In this document: one piece after another, positions 62,136 through 64,000 of the stretch
How the letters are laid out: every line of letters begins with the position of its first letter
Position numbering within the stretch: position 1 is the first letter of the stretch
NCBI GenBank assembly: GCA_976551045.1
Contig: CDPCPM010000280.1
Coordinates: 1,922,001-1,986,000, forward strand
Direction of reading: 5' to 3'
DNA from: Glaucostegus cemiculus
Taxonomy: Eukaryota
Length of the DNA: 64,000 nucleotides
Position numbers and translations under genes: made by a program
Notes under the pieces: model-generated
Database searches by the model: none
The model's input: the letters and a program-made list of their open reading frames with translations, nothing else
What the model was told of the DNA's origin: nothing

Positions 62136-64000
62136 AAACTTCTTATGGCATAGCTGAAAGTGGGATATTTGCAAAACAAAAGTAAACTAACTTTTTTTTC
62201 CCAGTGAATGAGTTTGCAGGTTGTTTACTAATCTTTCTATACTTCATTATTTGAATTTAACCATTATCAAAATATTTTCATACCTGACAAACTAATTTAT
62301 TTAATCTTATGGAAGGTCAAGTGCAAGGTACTTTCAAAAATGTATATGTTAACGTCTTGACTGTTATGGCTTCAATACAGAAAATAAACACAATAATTCA
62401 GAGATCGGTGTCTTGTCCCTCACCACATGTCACACTAGGTTTTCAACTGCAGCTTTATTGTCTTAACCCTTCAGCTCACTCACAATACACCGCCACGATG
62501 CACAGCTGCAATAAAGATACCATCTGGTAGTCAGAACTGCAGTGGACTAGTCAGGACTGCAAATGGAATCTCTGGAAGTTGATGATTTAGATAGCAGGGC
62601 TCCCCACCCCCTGTCCCCCTTTCAAATGATCACAACCCACCTTCCACTCCTCCCCCAGAGAGATATGGTGCTCAATGAAAAATATACACAATAAAGCACA
62701 AAGTGCTAAAGCAAAAGGTGGCCTCCATTTGCAGATATGAAACAGAAAACTGTAACATATTAATACAATTTATAGATCCCATTGCAGCTGTGAATCCTAT
62801 TTCCATGCTTAAGATTAACAGTTTCAAGTTGTTTCTTGAAGCAAATATGTAATTACATAGAATATAACTAATTTCACAAGTCCTGAACGATGAACATTCT
62901 GCAAAGACAAGTAGATAGAATTTATCCAGTTTGGATAGGAACGTTTCATAGCTGATTAGAACTAAGATTTTCTTAAATGGAAACAACTGAGCTTCGCATC
63001 TTAAGTACCTCTTCACATCTTAAATGCATCTTAAGTACCTAGTTTACCCAACTTCTACTACATAGAAAATCTGTTTCCTTTTGTGACATAAAATCCAGAA
63101 TAATAAACTGAAAGTCTTACCTGAGAATATCCGCCAAAGGAAATATCGACAGCACATGGAAAAAAGGAAATTACACCATTAGTGTCTTTTCTGAAACTGT
63201 CGTAATACAAGGTTCTTACAAAGGTTTATCATAGTGTTAATAATACTTTCATTAGACAATGGGGTATTGGTTCTGGAGCAGTAGAAAAGGACCAGGTATC
63301 TGTCTTTATGTTGACAGAATGGGTCAGGGCACCAATACTTAATAATTTCTTAACCAGTTTTAGCTTCAGATTATAGCTATTCAGAAATATTCTGAATTAG
63401 CTGTGTATCATTACAATATCACAGTATGCATAGCAGCATGTGTTTGTTCATATATCTTAGTCTAATTTATTTTGCTACATTTTATCATATTTAAGGAACT
63501 TATTGATACAATGCTCAAAACCACTCCACAAAAGTGTTTAACATATTAGAAATTCATTACAGCCTTTATCAATAATTTGAGCAGGACCAGGTTAGCAATT
63601 TCATTACGAAACATCCCTTAAATTGGATGTTGAACACAAGTATTCAGACAGGTTGGAAAACATCTGCCCAACCTTCCAAGAAAGAAAGTGTTATGTTCTT
63701 TAAGAGACTCTGCTAAACAAAGGCTTCATTGAGCAGCAGGTAGGCTTCTCAATATTGTGGAACAGCTAACAAAATATACAGCTGCATTAAACATGCTTTC
63801 CAAAATACCATAGTGTTTAATGCAGTGTGTGGTGAAGAAAAACGACTCCTGTAAGTTACTGGCCCAAGACCATAAAACATACAATCTTGAATTTAACATG
63901 CAAAATGCAAAAAAGCAGTTTATGCAGTACAATATTACAATATGCATGAACAGTTCTCTTAACCATATTGATATCTTGATATCTTCCAGATATTAAAAAG

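Noticed and set aside
1-64000. Conserved miRNA, tRNA or rRNA genes
   Set aside because: A visual scan for well-known mature miRNA sequences and tRNA/rRNA signatures found none; not exhaustive without Infernal or miRBase searches.

Overview
Eukaryotic, repeat-rich, CpG-depleted vertebrate DNA. The repeat landscape (CR1/HER1-type LINE 3' ends, Deu-domain SINEs, Penelope-derived short elements, PIF/Harbinger relics) points to a cartilaginous fish, probably a ray or shark; this is inferred from recalled family consensus, not a search. No intact protein-coding gene, RNA gene or CRISPR array could be identified. ORFs in the track are either chance ORFs or decayed transposon fragments (CR1 RT, Penelope GIY-YIG, Gypsy integrase, Harbinger transposase). 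Sampled lines show A>T and C>G on the + strand, and the best splice signals lie on the - strand, suggesting a very long intron of an unidentified minus-strand gene with several repeat-free, motif-dense putative enhancers. The most interesting signals are: (1) Penelope-derived elements carrying minimal type I hammerhead ribozymes, one with an intact core at 42645-42678; (2) a non-L1 LINE with a twin-priming-type 5' inversion nested inside an older CR1; (3) minus-strand YAG|GT junctions resembling recursive splice sites, plus a frame-compatible chain of tiny candidate exons. I found no convincing wholly novel system. Repeat boundaries are approximate.
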